From: an archaeon
Lineage (GTDB): Archaea; Iainarchaeota; Iainarchaeia; Iainarchaeales; CSSED10-239
Assembly: GCA_037147375.1 (NCBI GenBank)
Contig: JBAWVI010000020.1
Span: 1-12,773 of the forward strand
DNA: 12,773 bases
Reading direction: 5' to 3'
Shown: piece by piece, positions 1 to 7,415 of the stretch
Layout of the letters: the number at the start of each line of letters is the position of its first letter
How positions within the stretch are numbered: position 1 is the first letter of the stretch
Position numbers and translations under genes: made by a program
The notes under the pieces: generated by a model
What the model was told of the DNA's origin: nothing
Database searches by the model: none
What the model saw: only the letters and a program-made list of their open reading frames with translations

Positions 1-3
1 GGA

Positions 4-936
4 ATGAATAATATTATGCAAAAATTAAATTTTATGAATGTTCCAAAGGAATATAATGATAAGAAGAAATCAAAGGTTATTATCATACCAATATCTTATG
101 ATGTTCCTCTTGCTCATGGAACTGGAGCATCTAAGGGCCCAGAAGCAATTATAAAAGCATCAGCTAATATTGATTATTTTGATCTTGAACTCCAAAAGGA
201 ACCATACATTCAAGGAATATACACTGAAGATATTCTTTCTCTTAAGGATAAAGATTTCTTAAAGGTTTCTCCAAAAGTTCTTAATTATCTTTCAAATCTT
301 AAGCTTACAAAAGATAAGTTTCCAATAATTATTGGATCTGATCATTCAAATACTATTCCTGTTATCTCTTCTTTTGAAAAAATATACAAAGAAAAAGATG
401 ATTTTGGGATAATTGTGTTTGATACACATCCTGATTGCTATGAACCATGGGGTAAAGATACTTGGTGGCAAGCATGCACTACACGAATAATTTCAAAAAA
501 TCATAAATCAATGATTGTGGGTGTAAGAACTTCTGATTTTTATGAAAATGAATTTTTAAAAAATAAAGATAATAAAAACATAACTGTTATAAATATGCAA
601 GATTTCTTGGACAGTAAAAGTACATTTTATGATCTTTCAAGAAACAAAAAGTTTCTTGATAACCTAAAGAAACTTCCAAAGAATATATTTATTTCAATTG
701 ATGTTGATGTTCTTGATCCATCAGTAATCAGAAATACAGCAGCACTTGAACCTGGAGGAATGAACTATCTTCAACTTCTTTCTCTCCTTAAAGTAATATT
801 TAAAGAAAAGAATGTAATTGGAGCAGATATAGTTGAATTCACTCCGACAGGAAACGAAGATTATTATTTCCCTGAAAGCTATACCTTAGCAAAATTAGTA
901 TATAAGCTTGTAGGATACAAATATTACCTAAGATAA
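4..936 (+). CDS. speB: Agmatinase/arginase-family ureohydrolase (310 aa). The reading frame is open to the window edge, so the true start could lie upstream.
   Basis: Ureohydrolase Mn-binding motifs are present in the expected order: GSDHS, FDTHPD (DxHxD), SIDVDVLDPS (SxDxDxxDP), EPGG, ADIVEF. The length is typical of agmatinase. Substrate (agmatine, arginine or a guanidino acid) cannot be fixed from motifs alone. Confidence 0.8.
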   Translation: MNNIMQKLNFMNVPKEYNDKKKSKVIIIPISYDVPLAHGTGASKGPEAIIKASANIDYFDLELQKEPYIQGIYTEDILSLKDKDFLKVSPKVLNYLSNLKLTKDKFPIIIGSDHSNTIPVISSFEKIYKEKDDFGIIVFDTHPDCYEPWGKDTWWQACTTRIISKNHKSMIVGVRTSDFYENEFLKNKDNKNITVINMQDFLDSKSTFYDLSRNKKFLDNLKKLPKNIFISIDVDVLDPSVIRNTAALEPGGMNYLQLLSLLKVIFKEKNVIGADIVEFTPTGNEDYYFPESYTLAKLVYKLVGYKYYLR

Positions 937-1015
937 TATATAATATTTATAAAGGTTTAGATGTAATATATATACAATGAGTTCTAATTTTAGAAAAATA
1001 TAAAAAAGATGATTT

Positions 1016-2611
1016 ATGATTTATAAAAATAAAATAATATTATTATTTTCAATTATTTTATTCATGAGTCTATTTGGTGCTGTGCTTTTTGCAGCAAGTG
1101 ATGCAAACACTTGTGATACAAATCAAGTAATTGGATCAGGAGCTTGCTCAATTGATGTAAATCTTCCAAGTGCAGATACATTATTTACAAATAATTCTCC
1201 AAAATTAACTAATTCAGAGATTGGAGATCTAGTTTGTGGAGTTTATTTCACTAAGTTAGGTTGTCCTCATTGTGCAAAGGTTGATCCTGTTCTTTTAGGA
1301 GAAACAGTAAGAAATAAAGATATATTTATTATTGAATATGAAGTTGGAGATAAGCAAATTAATGGTCAACAAATTATCCCATATGTTACAGGTGGTTATA
1401 ATTCAAATTATAATGTTCCACAACTTATCCTAAACCAAAAAGACGTTTTTTTCTTTGAAGAAATAACATCAAAGTTTTCTGATTATCTAGAGAAGAACCA
1501 AGGTTTTGGGAATATTTGTCCTCTTCCAACAGACATTTATTCAAAAGGAGATGTAAATTCATTACAAGATCTAAAAATAAATGAATTATCAGGTCTTCCA
1601 ACTGTTTGGTATAAAGATAGAGCTTTATTTAAAACAGGAGTATCTGAAGTTTCTGATGAAAATTTATATAAACTATTAACTGATGAAAATGTTGATCCAA
1701 TATTACATAGTAGTTATCATAAAATGTTATCAGACACAAGCATAGAAATATCTTATGGTAAAATAAAATTTGATAATGCTGTTGAACTTAAAGGATATAA
1801 TTTTTATTGGAATGGTAAAACAACTATTTCTGCATCTTGTGAAACACAAGACATAAATTTAGATGTAAACACTGATCAAAATTGTACAACTACAATAGGA
1901 TCAAATACAAACCAAAAAAAGATATCTTTGTGGACTGTAGTTTCTTTAGCACTTGTTGATGCAGTTAATCCTTGTGAGTTTGCTGTATTAATATTATTAT
2001 TATTAACAATAATGACTACAAATGTAGGTAAAAGAAGAAAGGTATTATATTCTGGTTTAATGTTTACACTTGCTATATTCCTATTATATTTTGTTTATGG
2101 TTTATTTTTAGTAAATATATTTAAATTAATACCTGGTGTTGATATCATTCGTATAGTTATCTATAAAGTAATTGCTGCATTTGCGTTATTCCTTGCTTTT
2201 ATGCAATTAAAAGATTATTTTAATTATAGACCAGGAACAATTGGTACTGAAATGCCTATGTCATTTAGACCAAAAGTACACAGATTAATTTCAAAGGTAA
2301 CTTCTCCATCAGGTGCATTTGTAGTTGGTGTAGTTGTTTCTTTATTCTTACTCCCATGCACAATTGGACCTTATGTTATTTTAGGTAATCTCTTATCTTA
2401 TGGAAGCTTATTAGCAGCACTACCTGTATTATTATTATATAATGTAATTTTCATCTTACCAATGCTTGCAATCACCTTAATTATTTATTTTGGAGTAACT
2501 GAGGTTCAAAAGGTAGGCGAATGGAAGCAAAAAAATATAAAATATTTCCATTTAATAGCAGGTATAATATTATTTATCTTAGGAATATTAATGTTATTTG
2601 GAATAATATAA
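1016..2611 (+). CDS. Fusion protein (531 aa): signal-anchor, extracytoplasmic thioredoxin-like domain (CPHC), Cys-containing linker, then a six-TM CcdA/DsbD-type thiol-disulfide transporter domain
   Basis: N-terminal hydrophobic helix (IILLFSIILFMSLFGAVLFAA). Trx-like active site GCPHC followed by a cis-Pro-type VPQLIL. About six predicted C-terminal TM helices, with the two conserved membrane-embedded cysteines of the CcdA/DsbD family (VDAVNPCEF in TM1, LLPCTIGPY in TM4). Confidence 0.75.
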   Translation: MIYKNKIILLFSIILFMSLFGAVLFAASDANTCDTNQVIGSGACSIDVNLPSADTLFTNNSPKLTNSEIGDLVCGVYFTKLGCPHCAKVDPVLLGETVRNKDIFIIEYEVGDKQINGQQIIPYVTGGYNSNYNVPQLILNQKDVFFFEEITSKFSDYLEKNQGFGNICPLPTDIYSKGDVNSLQDLKINELSGLPTVWYKDRALFKTGVSEVSDENLYKLLTDENVDPILHSSYHKMLSDTSIEISYGKIKFDNAVELKGYNFYWNGKTTISASCETQDINLDVNTDQNCTTTIGSNTNQKKISLWTVVSLALVDAVNPCEFAVLILLLLTIMTTNVGKRRKVLYSGLMFTLAIFLLYFVYGLFLVNIFKLIPGVDIIRIVIYKVIAAFALFLAFMQLKDYFNYRPGTIGTEMPMSFRPKVHRLISKVTSPSGAFVVGVVVSLFLLPCTIGPYVILGNLLSYGSLLAALPVLLLYNVIFILPMLAITLIIYFGVTEVQKVGEWKQKNIKYFHLIAGIILFILGILMLFGII

Positions 2612-2614
2612 AAT

Positions 2615-2658
2615 AAATCTGTTTATAAATAATATCTTAATGAATATAAACAAGATTT
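2615..2658. repeat. Imperfect inverted repeat in the Trx-CcdA / S2P intergenic region
   Basis: AAATCTGTTTATA (2615-2627) and TATAAACAAGATTT (2645-2658) are reverse complements apart from one extra A, with a 17-nt spacer. The element starts 4 nt after the upstream stop codon. Confidence 0.35.
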
Positions 2659-2699
2659 AGATTAAAATAACTAGAAAATAATAAATGAGTTAGAAAAAT

Positions 2700-4088
2700 A
2701 TGAGTACGATTCTTTGGATTTTATTAATAATCTTAATTATTGGATTATGTGCATTTATTGCAAAAAGATTATTTAAGCTTGATTTATATCTTGGTTTTCT
2801 TATAATGATAAGAACAACTAGATTAATTAAGTATTTAGATGCTCTTGCAAAACACACAAAATTTCTAAATATATTAACTGATATAGGAATTGTTGTTGGT
2901 TTTGGTGCTTTTGGTTTAGACTACGTTATTCGTGATGAAGTAAAAAGTAGATATCAGAGATTTCTAATCTTTGTTGGATCTGGTTTAGTCTTATCTTATT
3001 TAACATATATTTTAACACAAAAAATGTTATTTTCAAGTGCATTAATTCCTGAATGGTTTGCAATAATTATAGTTATATTAACTGGAATCATGGGTTTATC
3101 AGGATTTACTTTAGGTTCACTTATCTTCTCTGCATTTGATATTCTTGCAAAAGTCTCAGTTGGTCAAGGAGGAAGTGCTTGTCCTGGTGTAGGACTTGTT
3201 ATTCCTGGAATACAAATGCCAAAGGTTGATATCTTTATTCCTTGGTATGGTTGGATAATTTTAATAATTGCAGCAATTGTTCATGAAGCATGTCATGGTG
3301 TACTTTTAAGAAAAATGAAAGTTAAAATAAAATCAATGGGTTTTATGTTTGCAGGACTTCTTCCACTTGGTGCATTTGTTGAACCTGATGAAAAAGAAAT
3401 TGAAAAAAAGAATAAAAGAGATATTGCAAGAATGTATTCTGCAGGTCCTATGAGTAATGTAATCTTAGCAATTGTTTTCTTTTTATTATTTTTAGCTTTT
3501 ACTCCAATAATGACTAACTATTCTCATTCAATTGGAACAAGTAAGATGGATTCAGTTTATATTTATGCTATAGATCAAAATACAGATGTTTGTGGAAGTG
3601 TTTTCCCCTCTCCAGCTTACGGAGTTTTAGATGTAAATGATATAATTGTTGCAGTTAACAATAAAGTAATTGTTACTCAAGGTGGATTAAATTCTGCAGT
3701 TAAGTTAAATGTAGATAATAATTTTGTTATTAAGAATCCAACTACAGGAGAAATAAGGACTGTTGTTTTAAGACCAAACGAAATGGGAAGACTTGGGTTT
3801 ACTAGTGCAGTAACTCCTGATCCAAATTTAAAAATTCCATTCCTTTATTATGTGTATAAAACAATCTTTAGTGTTCTTTTATGGTCAGCATTATTAAATT
3901 TCATAATAGCTACTGTTAATTATCTTCCTTCTTTCCCATTCGATGGTGGAGGAATGTCACAGATAATTTTCTCAGATTACCTAAATAAGAAGCATAATGA
4001 AAGAAAAAGAATGAAATGGATTGCAAAGTTCTTTGGAACACTAATAGTTTTATTATTAGTATTAAATGTCTTGCCATATTTTTTATAA
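2700..4088 (+). CDS. Site-2 protease, peptidase family M50 intramembrane metalloprotease with a PDZ-like insertion (462 aa)
   Basis: HExxH (HEACHG) lies in a hydrophobic helix. An NxxPxxxxDG-type motif (NYLPSFPFDGG) lies near the C-terminus. There are multiple TM helices and a soluble insert between them (DVNDIIVAVNNKVI...) that resembles a PDZ domain. Confidence 0.85.
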   Translation: MSTILWILLIILIIGLCAFIAKRLFKLDLYLGFLIMIRTTRLIKYLDALAKHTKFLNILTDIGIVVGFGAFGLDYVIRDEVKSRYQRFLIFVGSGLVLSYLTYILTQKMLFSSALIPEWFAIIIVILTGIMGLSGFTLGSLIFSAFDILAKVSVGQGGSACPGVGLVIPGIQMPKVDIFIPWYGWIILIIAAIVHEACHGVLLRKMKVKIKSMGFMFAGLLPLGAFVEPDEKEIEKKNKRDIARMYSAGPMSNVILAIVFFLLFLAFTPIMTNYSHSIGTSKMDSVYIYAIDQNTDVCGSVFPSPAYGVLDVNDIIVAVNNKVIVTQGGLNSAVKLNVDNNFVIKNPTTGEIRTVVLRPNEMGRLGFTSAVTPDPNLKIPFLYYVYKTIFSVLLWSALLNFIIATVNYLPSFPFDGGGMSQIIFSDYLNKKHNERKRMKWIAKFFGTLIVLLLVLNVLPYFL

Positions 4089-4095
4089 ATTTATA

Positions 4096-4968
4096 TTAAA
4101 TATTACCAAGATATACTTTTTTTATTCCTTCTTTTCTTGCAATCTTTTCAGCAAGCTTTAAAGTTTCAATCTTTGTAGGAATAATCTTTTGCATCTTGTA
4201 GTGTGGAAAGCTTCTTGAAAAATGTAGAGGGATATCTTTTGATATTTTTGCAAGTTCTTTACAAACAAATTCAATTTCTTCTGGTCTTGTATTTTCTCCC
4301 TCAATTAAAAGGTTTGTAACTTCAACATGTATTCCTTTCTTGTGAAAAAAGCTAATGTTTTTAAGAACTTGATTAACTTCTGTTCCATTTATTAATCTTT
4401 TATAAAAATCTTTATCTCCTTTAAGATCTATGTTTACTGCATCTAGATATTTTGTAACTTCTTTTGCAACCTCATTTGTCATGTATCCATTTGTTACCCA
4501 AATGTTTGCAAGACCTGCTTCTTTTGCAAGCTTCATTGTTTCAAGTGCATATTCAATAAATACAGTTGGTTCTGTATATGTGTATGATATGCTTGGACAA
4601 TTATTTTCAAGTGCTAGAGAAATAATATCTTTTGGAGTAGTTTCTTTAATCTTATTCATTTGCTCTTCTTTTTTTGCGTTTGAGATATTGTAATTCTGAC
4701 AGAAATTACAATCAAAGTTACAACCATATGTTCCAAAGCTTAAAGTAAATGTTTTTGGAAGAAAATTAAAAATTGGTTTTTTCTCAATAGGATCAATATT
4801 GATAGTAACTGGCTTACCATAAACTAGAGAATAAAGAGTACCATCTATGTTTTTTCGGACTTTGCAAAACCCAGTACTATCACAAGAGATAATGCATAAC
4901 CTATTGCAAGCTATGCATTGAACTTTTTTATCTTCTTTTAGTTTCTTATAAAAGAGTGCTTCTTTCAT
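4096..4968 (-). CDS. amrS: AmmeMemoRadiSam system radical SAM enzyme (PflA-like activase family, 290 aa)
   Basis: Radical SAM CxxxCxxC cluster motif (GCNFDCNFCQN). N-terminal Cys cluster (VQCIACNRLCIISCDSTGFCKVRKN) typical of this subfamily. Its ATG overlaps the TGA of the upstream Memo/AMMECR1 gene (ATGA at 4965-4968). Confidence 0.85.
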   Translation of the reverse strand: MKEALFYKKLKEDKKVQCIACNRLCIISCDSTGFCKVRKNIDGTLYSLVYGKPVTINIDPIEKKPIFNFLPKTFTLSFGTYGCNFDCNFCQNYNISNAKKEEQMNKIKETTPKDIISLALENNCPSISYTYTEPTVFIEYALETMKLAKEAGLANIWVTNGYMTNEVAKEVTKYLDAVNIDLKGDKDFYKRLINGTEVNQVLKNISFFHKKGIHVEVTNLLIEGENTRPEEIEFVCKELAKISKDIPLHFSRSFPHYKMQKIIPTKIETLKLAEKIARKEGIKKVYLGNI

Positions 4969-6380
4969 TTGATTATCTCCACATTAAACTTCTTGAAAAT
5001 TGTTTTTTCATCTTTGTAACAATTCCATTCAAGACCTGCTTTCTCACAAAGAGATCCAAGAAATTCATCTTTATTTGGAAGTTGTTCCCAAACTTGTGGA
5101 AGATAAATAGCTGAGTTATATCCTTTTTGAAGAATTACTCCATCATTTTTCTTTATGTCAGAAAGAGAACAAGAAGATGGAACAGAAAGAATAGAAACTT
5201 CAATATCTATTTTCTCAAATTCATTTTTTGTAAGCTTATTAAATCTATGATCAGAGAATGCAGCATTCTTTGCATTATCAATAACTCCTTCATAAACTGG
5301 AGAGGTACCAATTATGTTTCCAATACATCCTCTAAGTCTATTATTAATAGTTAAAGTAACAAATACTCCTTTCTTTTCAAGATATTCTTGTGGAATTATT
5401 TCTTTTATCTCTTCCTTATTTGTTTTAAGATTAGATAACTTATCTGATATTGATTTTCTAGCAAGTTTAATTAATATATTTTCAGTTTGTGGATAATAAT
5501 AAGAAAAAGAAGAATATCCAACAACTGATTTTTTATCTCTAGTAACATCTCCTGAATTAGAATAATTTAAAAGCTCTGATTTCCATTTTCTTTCTTTTGA
5601 AATTTCATTTAATATTATAATGCCTTTAACCCCACAAGCATCAATTTCTTTCTTTCCTGTAAGAATATTATTTATACTTGCTTTATCAGTTTCTCTTGCT
5701 TTAGTATCAGTTAAGAAATGAGATAAATCACTTGAAACTATTATAATTGTATTTTCATCTATTTCTTTCTCTATTGCTTTAATTGAATTACTAATATTTG
5801 CATCTCCAACAAGAACAGGAATTATTGAAAAATTCTTACTTGCTTTTGAAAATATATATTGAATAAATGGAAGTTGTACTTCAATTGCATGCTCTCCAAT
5901 AAAAGCAGAGTTATTATTATATTTATCAAGAGAACTTCTTTCTATTTTTAGGTTTCCAGTAGGTATTTGGTAATAAGAACTTGATAAAGTTGATATTTCT
6001 TTAAAATAAACTTTATGAGCTGGAGCTATAACAATAATCTTGTAGTTATCCTTTGTTGATAAGAGAAGATTGTAATATAGTTTTTTATAACCAATCATTG
6101 CTGTAAGTCCAGAATATTTATATCCTGCGTGAGGAACAATAATAGCTTTAATTTCTTCTCCAGAATAATTTATGTTTGCGTCTTTAAAAAAACTATCAAG
6201 TTCTTTAGTTATTCCTTTTTCTGTTCCTGGATAAAAACTATTTGAAACTTGAGAAGTAAATATATTTTCAGATATTTTATTTTTGTCTACCATAATAAAT
6301 CTGTATCCATTTAATATTATGAAAATAATAAGTATTGTAATAATTATATTTTTATATCTTGGTTTCATTAATTTTACCAA
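4965..6380 (-). CDS. amrB-amrA: Fused Memo-like (AmrB) + AMMECR1 (AmrA) protein with an N-terminal hydrophobic helix. It is 471 aa from the TTG at 6380. The ATG at 6368 (MKPRYKN..., 467 aa) is the more likely start.
   Basis: The N-terminal half carries Memo signatures: FYPG, VPHAGYKYSG, GEHAIEVQLPF, SSDLSHF, DACG. The C-terminal half carries AMMECR1 signatures: GVFVTL..LRGCIGN, SDHRF, IYLPQVWE. A hydrophobic segment (IIITILIIFIILNGY) precedes the Memo domain. Confidence 0.85.
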   Translation of the reverse strand: MVKLMKPRYKNIIITILIIFIILNGYRFIMVDKNKISENIFTSQVSNSFYPGTEKGITKELDSFFKDANINYSGEEIKAIIVPHAGYKYSGLTAMIGYKKLYYNLLLSTKDNYKIIVIAPAHKVYFKEISTLSSSYYQIPTGNLKIERSSLDKYNNNSAFIGEHAIEVQLPFIQYIFSKASKNFSIIPVLVGDANISNSIKAIEKEIDENTIIIVSSDLSHFLTDTKARETDKASINNILTGKKEIDACGVKGIIILNEISKERKWKSELLNYSNSGDVTRDKKSVVGYSSFSYYYPQTENILIKLARKSISDKLSNLKTNKEEIKEIIPQEYLEKKGVFVTLTINNRLRGCIGNIIGTSPVYEGVIDNAKNAAFSDHRFNKLTKNEFEKIDIEVSILSVPSSCSLSDIKKNDGVILQKGYNSAIYLPQVWEQLPNKDEFLGSLCEKAGLEWNCYKDEKTIFKKFNVEIIK

Positions 6381-6976
6381 TTAACAATAATGCTTGTTAT
6401 TACTCTTAATGCTTGAGGAATGTCTTTAGGTGGGGTTGATTTAATTATTTTAGTAATCTCAATCATTGCATTTCTTGCAAATATTGGAGCTCTTGGATCA
6501 ACTGTGTTACCTTTTGCATTAACATATGCTTTTGATTTATTATTAAGAACATCTATAATATTAAAATATTGATCAATTAATTTTTGGTCTGCTGTTCTTT
6601 CAAGAATAATCTGCATAACCTTTATTTCTTCTTCTATAGTTTCAAGTTCTGCAAGTTTTGCTTTATTTGTGACCATATCCTTTCTTATAATCTCATTATG
6701 ATCTCTTATTTTTGTTTTTTCTTTAGGTTCCATCTTAAGTTCTTTTAATAGTTTATCAAGTTCTATAACAGACATTCCATGTTTGAAATTTATTTCTTTA
6801 ATTTTATCTAAATACAATAAATATAGTGCTTTTTGTTCACCTAGTCTTATAAGATTAGTTTCTTTTCCCTTATAATTATATTTTTTATTTCTATTAAATT
6901 TAAAATTATGTTTTTCTTCCTTTGGGCTTAATGTTTTTAAACTTTTAAGTAGTTGACTGTTTCTTCTAGGGTTCAT
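6374..6976 (-). CDS. Hypothetical protein, 200 aa, basic N-terminus, predicted helical, no TM segment
   Basis: Long ORF with an ATG start, 6 nt downstream of the HIT gene stop and abutting the amrB-amrA start. I recognise no motif. Confidence 0.6.
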   Translation of the reverse strand: MNPRRNSQLLKSLKTLSPKEEKHNFKFNRNKKYNYKGKETNLIRLGEQKALYLLYLDKIKEINFKHGMSVIELDKLLKELKMEPKEKTKIRDHNEIIRKDMVTNKAKLAELETIEEEIKVMQIILERTADQKLIDQYFNIIDVLNNKSKAYVNAKGNTVDPRAPIFARNAMIEITKIIKSTPPKDIPQALRVITSIIVNW

Positions 6977-6982
6977 TTAATT

Positions 6983-7396
6983 TCACAACCTTAGTTTTTC
7001 TGATAATAAAGTTAGGTCTTCTTTTTGGTATCCTGTTATTGGCCAGGTATTAAATCCATCATTATCAAACCTTGGAACTATATGGATATGTAAATGGAAA
7101 ACAGATTGTTGTCCAGACTTTTCGTTTGCATTTAGAATATTAAATCCTGTGCACCCAAGTTTTTCTTTATAACTTAGCATAATTTTCTTAACAACAGGAA
7201 GCATCTTCTTAAGATATTTATCATCTGCATCTAGAAGGTTTGTAAAATGTTTCTTTGGAATAACTAAAGTATGTCCTTTTGCTATTGGATTAATATCAAG
7301 AAAAGCAAGAAAATCTTTATCTTCATAAACCTTATAGCAAGGAATCTTCCCTTTTATAATTTTACAGAACAAGCAATCTTTATTATATTTAGTCAT
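6983..7396 (-). CDS. HIT-family (histidine triad) nucleotide hydrolase, 137 aa
   Basis: N-terminal CLFCKI motif and a canonical histidine triad, GQQSVFHLHIHIVPR. Confidence 0.9.
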   Translation of the reverse strand: MTKYNKDCLFCKIIKGKIPCYKVYEDKDFLAFLDINPIAKGHTLVIPKKHFTNLLDADDKYLKKMLPVVKKIMLSYKEKLGCTGFNILNANEKSGQQSVFHLHIHIVPRFDNDGFNTWPITGYQKEDLTLLSEKLRL

Positions 7397-7415
7397 AATA
7401 TTTCCCTTTTTATAA

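Noticed and set aside
977-1003. 8-codon upstream mini-ORF (MSSNFRKI) ahead of the Trx-CcdA gene
   Set aside because: It is too short and sits in AT-rich promoter-like DNA. It has no SD-like sequence, and nothing suggests a leader-peptide function.
4430-4693. 87-aa plus-strand ORF from the six-frame track
   Set aside because: It lies entirely antisense within the well-supported radical SAM gene (4096-4968). The sequence is hydrophobic and low-complexity, as is typical of antisense frames in AT-rich coding DNA, and it has no motif.
5127-5496. Two overlapping plus-strand ORFs (75 aa at 5127-5354 and 60 aa at 5314-5496)
   Set aside because: Both are antisense inside the Memo/AMMECR1 fusion gene, whose motifs validate the minus-strand frame. 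They are most likely spurious.
6369-6380. TTG start codon at 6380 for the Memo/AMMECR1 fusion, as implied by the ORF track
   Set aside because: I did not reject the gene, only the start. The TTG start would overlap the upstream gene by 7 nt. An ATG four codons downstream (6368, MKPRYKN...) gives a 5-nt intergenic gap and is the more conventional start. This cannot be resolved without conservation or proteomic data.
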